NCBI RefSeq assembly: GCF_964204645.1
Contig: NC_134025.1
Location: forward strand, 2,232,001 to 2,296,000
DNA: 64,000 bases
Origin: Tubulanus polymorphus
Lineage: Eukaryota; Animalia; Nemertea
Direction: 5' to 3'
Position 1 is the first letter of the stretch; the number at the start of each line of letters is the position of its first letter. Shown here piece by piece: positions 1-13,308 of the stretch. Made by a program: the position numbers and the translations under genes. Under the pieces are notes generated by a model. It searched no databases, was not told where the DNA came from, and worked only from the letters and a program-made list of their open reading frames with translations.

Positions 1-1711
1 AGGTGTTATAAGCAGTTATATGGTCAAATCTTTAATGAATTGAATTGAAATGGACCCAGTTTCATGGTTAAGATTTCTTCACTCATATTGCAACCTGAGG
101 TCAAATGTAACGATGAAACTGTGGTAACTGGATGCCGGTTATGCTTCTATGTTTTATTGAATACAAGTTGATTTTGAACATCTATTCGGTGTTTGTCGAT
201 CAACTTATGATGAAGTCACAGTTAAAACAGAGTTTTCATGTTATTGACGAAATTATGAATTTGGGTTTTGAATAGAATGCAAAACACCTTCGTGGAACGG
301 CAATTAACAAAATTGCGGCGATGATAGAAATTTTATGAAAGAGAGTATTTTAGAATTTGTTTCCCATTAGTTCCGTATCGATAACTGCTTTATTGAATAA
401 ATCCCATACGAGCAAAAATGGAATCAAAAGATGTGTAAATATATTTTTAAAACAAAAAGTTGTCCAGTGTAATTTGGCACTTTAAACATAGTGAGGTATT
501 ATTAGGAATAGCATATCATCGTGTATTCGCTTAGTGAAGACACTAAACTGTAAAATACTGCGCGACTCAAAAATGAATTTTTTATAACTGTAAAAAAAAT
601 TCTAGACTTTTTTTACGATACTGGTATATTTTGCTACGTACGTACGGCCTCGTATTCTATCATTCTGTTCCTATTATCTAAATACAGATATCGAATCTGC
701 AGCCTGGACCCTGCTACCCTTCAGACATTCCAATTTCACTGGTACGATCATCCTGACTTCCAATGTGTTCAGGACTCGGCCATGAATAATTGAAAATCAA
801 CTACAAACACCAAACATTAGATTCAAAAACCGATCGTCCACACCACACAGTACAATAATGAATATGTGAAGGTTGGTGGTTCTGGTCTGCAGATTGAGTG
901 TATAATGCTGAATAGTTGTGTATTTTTTCGTTGATTATTTTCTGTCATTGATTCAAATGTAGTTGATGTTTTAGTGTCTGTTATTGATAATACATATCAT
1001 TCTAGTTAATCGCGTCACATCATCATCAGTAGACTGTACTAAACAGTAATACATCTGTATCGTATGAAGACTGAATGCATTTATAAAATACAGTTATTTC
1101 AACATTTATTGGTCATTCATTCATTCATTCATTCATTAATCATAACTTCTAGAGATCCATCCAATATTAGAAGAATTCCATCCTGTATATTGAACACAGA
1201 ACACGTATTTACAGATATTTTATACCGCTGTTATAAACTAGGCCTGTTTACGCGAATCATAATGGGTACAATTTGTTTGTTTTTGTTTCTAGAAAACCAT
1301 GAATTTGTCACTGATGAAATGATACTGTTCTCTTCGACGACGAGCTTCTTTTGTTTTATACATATCAGCAGAAATTCATACAAATAAAGATTTTGGGGCC
1401 ATTCGTAAAATACATCAATTATTAGGAGGAAAGGTTGACCATTTCTTGTCATGGGTATGATGTTAAAGATTACATGTTTTATACACGGGGTTGAAAAATG
1501 GCATCATTTTGCATACGTGCTTTATGAGACAGCCCTTGGTCTTTATTATGAATTTTTGATTTATTTGAGTTCTAGTTACACATGTATATTAGTATAGGCA
1601 TTGTACTTAACCAATGTAAACCTCTAGTTCCAGTTTCGATAGAAAGGGCAAAAAGAGTTAATAATCAGGCAAATTCATAAGTTTAAGTTGAAATTTAATT
1701 TTTGTTGCAGT

Positions 1712-1808
1712 ATTATTATGATGATGATTATTATAATGATGATGATTATTATTATTATTATTATTATTATTATTTTTATTATTCTTATTATTATTATTAT
1801 TATTATTA
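1712..1808. repeat. (ATT/ATG)n microsatellite
   Basis: Directly visible. Confidence 0.9.
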
Positions 1809-3645
1809 AGGTTATTATGGTATAATTAGCTGTATCGTTTATCATGGCTTCGTTTTTAATTCCATGAAAACATTATTTAAAACGTGGCAATATCTGAAAT
1901 AATTAAACGCTCGATGAAATTGAACAGAAATTCTCTAAATCGCAATCCATCCATCATTTATTTATGTAGGTTTAGTTTTAGTTTTCGACCGATTCTTTCT
2001 TCCGTATAATCATCATCTTTCTGTTTCGTAGCTTTATCGAATTTTATATATCGGGAAAAATTAAAAATATATAAAATATGAATAGCCGGATCGCCAGGGG
2101 TTGCTTTCGTACAAAAATTCAATTCTTGGATCCTCGGTTCTCCCCCAGTTGAAATTAGTTATTTTTTGTTTATCGTTTAGCGAACATTTGTAAATACCAT
2201 ATATTATAATGAGAATGTTACATCTATAGCAATTAAAATCGCTGGTCATTGATTTTAACCGCCTGCCAGAGTAGGTTCCTTTGGTGTTATATTATGGTGC
2301 ATGGAACTATATTTACCGATGAACTTTTGTAATAATATCTGTATTATAAAACTAAAACAATTTGATAAATTTCACCCTAAAAGATATTTCTACTCGGATG
2401 AATGTGAATGAATTTCTAAAGCATGGAATCTTTTTAGGGACTATAGTTCTATCGTAAACTACATATTGAACTGGTTTAATTGATTTACGTGTCGTCAATA
2501 ATACATGTCTCTTATTGTATTTTTGATAATGAAATATATGCACGAATATGTTATATATGTATATATATAAAATCTTTATTACACTCGTCCTTGAGATAAA
2601 CTTTTATACCAATTATTATTTAAACTACATCCATAAAAAATACTAAATGATTTTCACAACGTTGAAGAAATTTTTTATACGATTAACTTTGATATTTTGT
2701 CAATTTGTCAACAGTTGTAATATTAAATTTCCAGGTAGATTCAAATAAAGATTAAATGCCAGTATAAATCGTTGTGGTGTGTATTTAGTTCTATCGTCCG
2801 CTTGATACCTCGGCAGGGATTCGAACTTGAACGACATCGAGACCAGAGGGATTTCACTTAGACTGGTTGTCGGTGCATAATTGACAGGCAACCATCTTCA
2901 CCCGGCATGGGATTCGAACTCACTTAAGAGCCGTTCGCTGATTTCGGGAGTAGATTGGTTACCGGTCTATATCAATCCCACATTGAAAGGGACAGGCAAC
3001 CAGTCTAGTTCGGGAGCGACCCGGATCCATGGCAAGTGCAGAGTGACAAGTGGGTTCGAATCCTACAGACTGCGTACAGTGAGCGGCATCATTGACGTCC
3101 GAGGGAACAATCCAATAGGGCTTTAGTCTTGGGGAAACCAAAGCTGAACAATCGACCCAAATACGAGGGCTATGGTCTCTTGTGGTAATCAAGATCCGAT
3201 CGACGTACATGTACGGTGTAAAACGAGATATTTATGAAGAGACGGATGTAAGACAAATGCAAGTTGCGCAGCATGTATATATACTTTTTATTCACAATAA
3301 TTAATATCAACATATTTATAAACAATTATACAATAGAATACAGAAGAGTTCATTATCAACAATGTTATATTGAACTGAATTTTTGAATAAATCGATTTAC
3401 ATTAAATACAAAAACATTGATATGTAGACATATAGTACTCATACACGTGATTAGGCAGCAAATGACGTTAATTGTTAGAATGACGATGCATTGATAAAGA
3501 TTTGAATCGTAAACGAATGATTTATGTACAAATGAACAATGACGACGGGATAACATCGGCAACTGCTAAATCGACGAACGGCTTGTAATGCGTTGTTTGA
3601 ACTAAAAAGAAATCTGAATTTTCTCGATCGTTTTATTGGAAAAAG

Positions 3646-6600
3646 CTAGTCTACATTAGCGTAGCCTCTTTTCTTTCGTTTAGTGATGCAATATCCGATG
3701 ATCGTAAGTAGAATTACGCCTGCTAACACGCCACCTATTATCACTGGAACAGTATTCTGATCAGGTTCTGATTTATCCGCTTCACATATCTCGGCTATAA
3801 CATAAAATATACAAAGAAGATAAAAGATAATTTCGTCGATGCTGTTCTTTTTTACGCTCTTTTCTATTGATCGTGCCATGGACGTCTAGTTTATACGTTC
3901 ATGCTCATATATACTTAGTATATATCGATTCTAAGATAAGGCCGGATATGTGAGGGGTTTTTCGTAATAATTATATTGACTTACGTCGACTGAACTGTCC
4001 AGTCACTGGTAAATTGAAGGCTTGTAATTGTACGGATGAAAGCTTAGTAATGAGAGTTTGGTTATCACCAACTTCATTCGTGAATAGCGAATAACTTTGA
4101 GTGTGGTTGCAGAAATACGATGTGTTTAAAGAACTCTGGAATATCAACGTTTTCGGTGGGGTCGTAGCGTTGTAGGTCTTTTCTAAAAAAATAGAAAGTT
4201 GATTAGAATTATCAAGATGAATTTACGCAACGCGCGCACACAGATACACACAGATACACACAGATACACGTACTTGTCACAGCGTTTGGGAAAATTGATT
4301 CATCATTAGTGCTGTATGTAAACTGTATCCTAGACGCCGATCCAATATACCAAGAGTCTCTCGCTCGTGACACGAGACTTTGCTGTTGAATATAGAAATT
4401 AACAAATTCATCGTATGTCATGTATCACGTATCACTAATCGACATCAGCGCAACATGGGTACTCCAATATGCATTAAGACGTGTGTAGTTTTTGGAATGT
4501 TCCACATTTTACATCGATTCATGATAATTGAGCGCTATTTCATTCTAGTGTAATAATTCCTATCGTACTTCTCGTTCACGTTTTCCGGCAAGATATTTTT
4601 AGATTTCAGTAACTAGGCATGAACTAGGTATATGGTGAACCTACAGTCCTCTATATGAACCTACAGTCCTCTATATAAACCTACAGTCCTCTATATAAAC
4701 CTACAGTCCTCTATATAAACCTACAGTCCTCTATATGAACCTACAGTCCTCTATATAAACCTACAGTCCTCTATATAAACCTACAGTCCTCTATATAAAC
4801 CTACAGTCCTCTATATAAACCTACAGTCCTCTATATAAACCTACAGTCCTCTATATAAACCTACAGTCCTCTATATAAACCTACAGTCCTCTATATAAAC
4901 CTACAGTCCTCTATATAAACCTACAGTCCTCTATATGAACCTACAGTCCTCTATATGAACCTACAGTCCTCTATATAAACCTACAGTCCTCTATATGAAC
5001 CTACAGTCCTCTAAAGACAAGGCTGATCATTCCGGGTGAATTCTTTGCAAACATAACTAAACCTAAATTGCTCACTGACTAAGGGAATTTGATTGATAGA
5101 ACAGGGAAACAAATTCTAATTCTGGTAAGGGACATCTTACTAGCTGACGCCTCAGTTTTTTAACTTTTGAACGTGAACTTGTCCTTTTCAGAGCTTTTAA
5201 CAGTCTACACATATTGACCAGTACCTATAGAAGTGGTATATATAGATATATCTACTTTGTATTGTGAAAAACGTATCGTATAAAAACCATTACTAACCCA
5301 AACCATGGCTTTTAAATTTTTTTGGGTTATTTCCTGATAAAAAGAAAGCGATTTTTGAAATAAAACGAATCCATGGAACTCTATCGATCGTGTAGTAGAT
5401 GAGAGAGTGGCTGTCGATCGGGAGGACAATTTCATCTCAGTCAACATCAAGATTATTATCATCAATCCGACATTAGATTGCAGTCGAAGGAGACAGAGCA
5501 ATATGCTCAGTGTGTGTATAAGTAGAATTCAATTAAGTCAGTATACATGGCCAGAAGCAAAACGTTCGCTTGTTATATACAAGAATTTGTCACCGAATCT
5601 TCGAGAGTATATATATATATATATATATATATACCATTACGTCAACGAGATCACGTATAGGTTTTACCCCACAATATACCATATCAGCCCAGTGATATTA
5701 CGTCGGTGGTTGACGATTCAATTTCATGTATCATATTAGGTTCACGTATGTGGGGGGGGGGGGGTAAAACTATACTCTCCGCGCATTCATTATCTCAAGC
5801 AAACGAGAAACGCAGAAACCAAACAAAAAGTTTGATCTCCAGTTTCCGTGATTCCTTGCGTCGTGTTGTTGGGCTTTTGATGTCGTCCTTGGAGAATCAG
5901 CGCGCGAGAGTCGTGTCATGATCTAAACTAACTTACCGTTTTTTCTTGCTCTAATTTGAAATCTATTCGTAAGGCGAAATCGGTATTCTTTTGACGCCAT
6001 GTAATTTGTAAGAATGGTCTGGTAAGATTGCGAACTGTACTGGCGCACGATCCAACCGCTGTGGCATAGTTCGGCAGAGTCAGAGTTGTGAGTTTCGTCA
6101 CGACCTATCGTGCAATTTAATGAAACCGTAAATTAGCAACTAAAGTAGCATTTTCAGGACGAACTTTCGGAGTTTTATTTTTACCTTATCGTTTTCTTTA
6201 GCTTGATATTTGATATCGAAACTGGCTTTCATTGTCGCTCTCAGACAAACTCGACCGCCCTGTGTAAGAGCGAATACGGGTACACCAACCGGAGATATTG
6301 TCGTTATTTGAGCTGCAGAAAAAGATGTATACATATTATTATTAATCAGTATTTCAGCGGTTAGAAGAGAAGGCGGTCAATTTGAGAGAATCTTCTCGAA
6401 TAACTGCCGTAGAGACTGGGGGATAGACAGGGAACTTGTAAGATAAGGAAGAGGATAGGAAGTAAATCCGTTTCGCAGCTGACGCGCCTCACATCAGCCG
6501 AACACCGATCGATCTAAGCACAACTCATCCGTTTCTACGTGTGCGATATTTCAAACTGTAAATATCTGTTTATCTGGCGATTCACTTCATCGTCCTCCCT

Positions 6601-9600
6601 CACACACATATATATTCATATAGATTTTTACGCCAGAGAATAGTGATGAAAATGTCGATAATTCGCCTGTATAATTTTCGATCGTTTTGTTATTTTGTGT
6701 TCAGCTGAAATTCACACATAATCCGATAAATAACCGCAGAGACAACATCGAACGAGCGAGAAATAAAGCAGACATTGAACGAATCGCAGAATAAAAGCGA
6801 TCAGATGCAAAAACAACATAACATTAGCAAGCACAGAAACGAAAAGCAGGATGATAACAGAAACAGGAGAGGTTTTTACAAATTTTACCCGGTTTTATTG
6901 GTTCCGTTGTGTTAGTAGCATTTACACCAGGTTTAATACCGTCCAATTCGGTAACTTTACCTAGATATATAATTGATAATATTATGATTATATTCTGTAA
7001 ACGGTTATTATTGTTATTAAGTGTTTGTAATGTGATTACCAGCGGCAACAGGTTCCCAACTATTTCTTTCTAACCAACAAGTAGAAATCAAAAATGTTTG
7101 CATATATCGGAATCATTTGGATATGTCAAAATATTTGGATATATCAGAAATATTTAGATATAGGTTGTAAAACTAGCCTATATACAACCTTGTCCCAAAT
7201 AGAATACAATGTATATGATATGATATGATATAACGAACAGATTTTCAGGAGGTTCCACTGTTTTAAGTATTTTGAATATAGGACTGGAGAGTAGTACGGA
7301 AGCGATAAGGGGCCTCGAGATGTCGCGTTCCAACTCGACAAGTCGCCATATTTATGTCGATATATCGCGATATATCGCGTCAAGTCGACATGAATATGTC
7401 GTCATATCGTGACGTTTTCACGACAAATTTCGCTTTTTTGCCCATTTTCCACGGGAAAAGCCGTCATTTGAAGACACGTCTAAATGTAAGACGAGGACGC
7501 CAGTGATATGACGACTGAGTTTCAAGTCGTCATGAATATGTCGACTTGTCGCGAGGAAAGTGGTCGAGAAAACGAAATATGTCGTCAAAACGTCACGATA
7601 TATCGACATATTCGTGTCGACTTGACGCGATATAACGCGATATGTCGACATAAATATGGCGACTTGTCGAGTTGGAACGCGACATCTCGAGGCCCCTTAT
7701 CGCTTCCGTAGAGTAGGTTTTATTCACGCATGATCACGTGAATTCTCATTCGATGGCTAAACTTTTAATACTCGAACGTTCGATTTATTGAATTAAAATT
7801 TGATTCCGTGGCCCAATATTCCGTATGAGCCGAGAATGATAATCTATTTTCGGGTAGGATATTTGTATCGATGATTGACGCAGTTCGCGAAACGAATGAC
7901 TAGAAAAACAAATCTAATTCCAGGGATCCGTAAACCTGCATCGATTATCCGTATAAACCATTGATCTCTCAGCGCTCACATATAACTCATTAACTCTTGA
8001 GTTCACACTTCCCGGTTGCGATCGCAGCACGCCGCGCACAGTTGATGATAGAAAGCAAATTAAGCTCTTATTTGTCGCGTATTAGTTCGAGTTGATCTCA
8101 TCGGAAATACGATCAATCCATCAAATAAATAACGAACACGCGAGCGAGATATTCACCCGAGTTTCATTCGCTCGAATAAACCGACAACCTGCTGTTAATC
8201 ACTAACCACCGCTTCGAAACTGATACAACAGCACTGTCATTTTATAATCGTTTAGAATCAGTATCTAAAGCTTGCTAATTAGGAGTCTTTACTCGCTCGA
8301 TGGAACCCCACAATCATAAGACCAAACGGGTTGTTTCTAACGTTTCGGATAGAATACTTCTCTACCCATCAAGCGAAACGATTGATAAAATGAGTTCGTT
8401 TTTCTTATGACCTTCTAAACTTATTTGATAGCTACAGGTATTAAACATTGAAAGTATGGTTTAGTAAAAACCCAGGCTTAGGAAAGCTTTTGACTTGGTC
8501 TCGCTGAATTGCATTTGTTACACGATGATTCGATTTGTGAATTAATCAGACAAATTGTATACAAAATGACTCGATATTGTAATATTTCAGTGACGCGCAG
8601 CTCAATTCATCATATTTATACCATAGAATTCCCATCTAGAACCGAATAATTAATGAACACAGGCCATTTATGACATGGCGAGCGGACAGAAATGGCGTTT
8701 ATATATAACTGTACCCGATGGGATAATTTGTAAATCAATTTACAATATTAGATGGAACTTCTCCCGCAGAGCTAACCCCTTACACTGGATAGTAGATACT
8801 GTAAAATATGATACAATTTGTGAATATCCCCGCATCAAAAGAATTTATATAAGTGTCATCTGTAAAAATCAATTCGGAAAGATTGTCCATTAACGGTGCA
8901 AGAAATCTGAAACGACTTACATCCGGTTTCCATGGAGATTATAAACTGAGGTAAAATAGTTTAGCGTTGAGTGAGAGATTGACGAACAGCTTGTGAAAAA
9001 CTGGCCGTGAAAAACTGATGATCTAATTTCTGTCTGAATATTGTCAGATGTGATGAACCGATTTGATTCATAGAATTACCCTGAATATGTCGCACGTATT
9101 TTCTAGTTATCACCGCTTTCAAAGACTTTGAAAGACTTCAAATCATTCTCTCAAATATTGCCTGAGATTCTCTATTGATACGAAGGGTTCTACTGTATAT
9201 CCTTCGAGGGTTCTTCAGCTTGTCTCCCAGGAAAAAATCTTAAAGGTTAGTGAAAGAACTTATTTGTAGGGTTCTTGAAGAAATCCCGTGAAAGGCTCTT
9301 TGAAAAACCATTCTATCCAGAGTTCTTTGGGAGAACCCTTTGCAATATTCTCAGGTTCTTCGCGATGATAATTCATTTTTATATACCCGTTCTTGTTCCA
9401 TTTAGTTTCAAGTTTTAGGCGTCCCGCATATTTTGGGGGTGGTGACGGTGGAATATGATTCGGTGTATACACTTGAATTAATGCGTATGTATGAACAATC
9501 ATTCTAAATATTGTCACATATACATATATATATTACATATATATATTCATGTAATAGAGAAGACTTTGAAGTATCCTCAGAACAGACACGGATAGCGAGA

Positions 9601-11859
9601 TTGTAAATCGATGCTATATTTTGCTTGCGGCATGTAGTCGACTATCTTAACAACGCTTGCACCTATCTTCAACGGTTCTTCGATTTATTCTATTGTATGC
9701 TCATCTCTCGGCCTTTAAATATTTCAGAATTGACAAGAAGTTTTCCAACGTGCGAACGAATGGTATAGCAATCTTTGTCGTGCGATGACCGTTCGCGATT
9801 TGGGATGGGACAAGTCGTATTATCCCAATCAATTAGACTCATCGTCAATAATCGTCAAGAGGAGGTTGAATCAAGGGTCAGCAAATGATTACATTTTATA
9901 TTTATCGGCTTCAATCTAACGAACAGGTTCCAGTAATGGTCGAGCTACAGATCCACTTCGAATGTAGTTTTTGTAGTCATGAAATCAAAAGGAATATACA
10001 GAGTACGATGTGTTGTTGTTGTATCGACTTGCTTGCCAAAGACTGTTCAGTTTTGGTGAAGTAGTTATGCTTCATGAGAATCAGACAGCTGTATCAATGA
10101 GACATAATTCATTGTACTGTTTCATCTCTTATGCTCATATAATTCACGCCGCGTTCATCCAACTAGTTCCAAATCTCTAAACAAATCAACAACTGCGAAA
10201 TGATAACAGATTTTCTGTAGGCGAAATATTTGCGATTTTGAGACCTCCAAATATATAAGAAAAGGCACGCATAACAATATATATAAAATCCAGTCGTATT
10301 TGAGCTTGAAATTGAAATCAAATCCATTGTTTTGTTTATCTTGCTTCGCGTCGTTCGGATCTTGTTTGCAAAGACAATCCTATATTGGTTTGATCAATTC
10401 AAACCTAATGACGGGACGTGTTGCCTGCGCACTGAAAACAGTAAGCGAGACTGGGAACCTACTTGGATATGACTCATCGCAAAAATGCCCCAAAACGATC
10501 GAAAACAAAATTGAAAACCTTGACCCAGTTGCACAGTCGTGGCTTGAGTCCAAAAGTGTTCTTAAATCTTAAGACTGGTCTTAAATTGTTAGATTAGCTA
10601 TAGAACTAAGTTGGTCTTATGCGACTTATGCAACCAGCCCTATGGTCTCAGCTAAGTTGAGCTCGAAACTAATTTGATATTTTTTTCAGAATGGCGATAC
10701 AATCGATCTTACAGACCGGTAATGATGGCGAAGCTGATCGAATAATCCACGACATACATCATTAATCAGATTGATCGTTAATCAAAGCTTAGAAACAAAT
10801 TATAGACCTTTATTAGTTGACCATGGTTTATAGGATCATCACGGAATATATATGCAGAATCTGCAGGGTCGATCAAACAATCAATTTCGTAACTGACATT
10901 ATTTGTCTATTCGGGTCATTAGATGGCGAACAAGCTTCCATTTATTAATGAGATGTCGATTTTCATTGGAAAAAGACCAATCCCTAACAGAGAACATTAC
11001 TTTATATCGTCGTTACTGCTCTATTGTCACAAAATGCGAATGATATATGCCGTTTCAATCGAGCTATTCGGCACCTTTTCAATATATATCGAGGAATTGA
11101 AAGCTGAATGAATAATTGAAATATGGGATAGACTATCGGACTGGATATCGAGCGATCTGCTAACCGATATATAAATTTTATAGTAGTTTCGTTTATACGG
11201 ATATTCGATGAATAGTTTGTGAATGTAATTTCTACAAAATTCCTTTTATCTTTAACATAAATCTTTCAGCATATGCTTTCAGCACTTTCAGCATATCGAA
11301 AATTATCAACTTGTCAATATGTGCACCACTGACACTGATGGCATCACTTCCGTTAGTCCCAGTTATCGGTTACTGGACTATTGTGACCTTGATTTAAACA
11401 TGAACCTTTCGTAATTCATGATTTCATCAATTTCCGCATGTTTTGCATTTTCTAAATCAGTTTCAATTTGTTAAAAGTTAGGCATTTCTCATTTCTATCA
11501 ATGTGAGCTCAATAATCTAGTTTTTGTTACATTATTCTAACGCCAATTTAGACTGAAGATATTCCTGGAAAAAAAGAATATACTCAAGCTCTCTTTCAAA
11601 AACAAACTTTTATCAAAATTGAGTAACTTCGTCTGGTTGAAACAAGAATCTCATTCCAAATCATTTGAACGTAATATCTCTTTTCCCTCAAAAACACTAC
11701 TGCTGCATATACAAATATCATGGCAACAAATTGAGAACGGAGATGAATTTTTGCAAAATGAAATCGTTAATGTTTTGATATATACAATTGAAATAAAAAA
11801 CTTAACTTACCCAGGAAAATGATAAAGGAAACAAGGATAGAGCGAACGGAAGCCTCCAT
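3646..11859 (-). CDS. Lysosome-associated membrane glycoprotein (LAMP family, single LAMP domain), ~290 aa, 7 exons
   Basis: Exons (-): 11811-11859, 6889-6960, 6185-6312, 5937-6104, 4274-4382, 3985-4182, 3646-3794. All introns are GT-AG with consistent phases (873 nt). Signal peptide MEASVRSILVSFIIFLG; LAMP motifs VCLRA, GSC, SYFCN, VQLQAFN, FS.PEICEAD; TM segment VPVIIGGVLAGVILLTIIGYCI; tail KRKKRGYANVD. Confidence 0.88.
4637..5013. repeat. 20-bp minisatellite (AACCTACAGTCCTCTATATA/G) x ~19 in a LAMP intron
   Basis: Near-perfect tandem units with one A/G variant position. Confidence 0.97.
7295..7710. mobile_element. MITE with ~135-bp TIRs, TAC...GTA termini and 6-bp TSD (IS3EU-like)
   Basis: TACGGAAGCGATAAGGGGCCTCGAGATGTCG... 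is inverted at 7575-7710. GAGTAG is present at both 7289-7294 and 7711-7716. Confidence 0.85.
10522..10640. mobile_element. Degenerate copy of the 14962-15095 MITE family
   Basis: GACCCAGTTGCACAGTC...TGCAACCAGCCC, with the same internal motifs in reverse orientation. Confidence 0.6.
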
Positions 11860-11934
11860 CGTAGCGTCTCTGTAGCTACCATCAGCCTGACGCTATGCCG
11901 CCAATTGACGTTACAGTTCTCAACGCACATGAAA

Positions 11935-11942
11935 CCACGTGA
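11935..11942 (-). promoter_or_regulatory. E-box / CLEAR-like element upstream of the LAMP gene
   Basis: TCACGTGG on the minus strand ~80 bp upstream of the LAMP ATG. LAMP genes are canonical TFEB/MiT targets. Confidence 0.45.
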
Positions 11943-13175
11943 TGTTCTCATTAAATCTACATACGGTACTTAGATATGTCGATAAGGGAGAAATACAGTT
12001 TGAGGAATTGATTTTCCTTTCAGCTCTCAACAAAACTTAATCACAACGACTCCGGAAAATGTGTGACGTATTTTGTTTTACGTGAGCTGAACATGAACGT
12101 ACGTACGTGTATTAAATGGTAGTAGTATCGATATCAATAATCAACCTCAGTAATGATAACCTTTTTTAAATCATAGAATATTCATATATCCGTATAAATG
12201 AATCTATCACACGCAGTTTAGGACAATACAGAATTTCATTTCGAATATTTTCAAAGACAAGCGACGAACGCGTATAGCAAATGCGGCGACAGCTCTGAAC
12301 TAAAAAAAACTCAAATATTAAACTGACGCTTCACTTTGTTTTATTTATATCATTTCGATGGAAATATATTGAATTTGTGTCATTTACTTTCTGAGAGCTG
12401 CTTTAATTCATTTGTATCTAAAAGCGAACAAATCACTTATTCATCTAACATTCTCATATTTCTAATATCTACTCTAGGTATAATTTATATCTCCCGTTTA
12501 TCCGTTAATTTTATGAAAATTCTATATGAAAAAATCATTTCAGGCCCATACACTATATCTATGGTAAGTAGTCTTATAATGATAACATGCTGGGTACAAT
12601 GTGAGAAAAAGAGTATCATTTGTTTACTGGGTCCCCGCACTTCATAGCTGCGTTAACCGTAAATTAGTTTAAAAGGAAAATCCAGCTGAATGAGTGTTAA
12701 CTGTTAATCACGGCGATCATCACGAGCGTTTTTGAGAATTCGTAATTCGAGTCTCGGTGGATGTACTCGCTTGCCACATGCGCTACTCGATGGCGAAGAA
12801 ACGACTGTAGAACACACGCATTTTAGACTCCTTACTTGCGCACGTTTCACGCCCTCGATTCCATCATCTTTAACCACGACTAAGAAATCAGCGTCCTGAT
12901 TTAGATTTATGGTTAGAACAGATTAAAGAAAATGGAATAAGAGTTCACTGAGTGGGTAACGTACGTCACGGACGGACACAGACACACAAAGTCATTTAAC
13001 TTGGAACTATATAAGCCTTTAGAAACTTAATTAAGTATTTATAAATGCTTATTACGTGTAAAGGATGACTTGAAATGAAAAAGGTGCACAACATCCGAAT
13101 GACATTCATTTGAATATTCTACTTTGTTGTCTATGCGTCATGGCCTTTCATTTCCGGGTTTTTCTATATTTGATA

Positions 13176-13183
13176 TGACGTCA
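13176..13183. promoter_or_regulatory. Palindromic CRE (TGACGTCA) upstream of the 2OG oxygenase gene
   Basis: Exact TGACGTCA ~125 bp upstream of the ATG. Confidence 0.4.
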
Positions 13184-13308
13184 CTAAAACTATTGCACCA
13201 TTGAGTGTAAAATTATAGTTGTATTATAGTTGTATAAATAGAACTCGCGACCCGACATAACTTAACCGTGTTCTGGCGTTGAGCCGAGGACCTCAATTTC
13301 AGGAAAAC

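Noticed and set aside
1-2700. Short ORFs and a weak inverted repeat at ~694-895
   Set aside because: No recognisable domains or exon chain; the inverted repeat is short, mismatched and lacks a clear TSD.
7144-7711. Mirror-image ORFs on both strands
   Set aside because: A consequence of the MITE inverted repeat.
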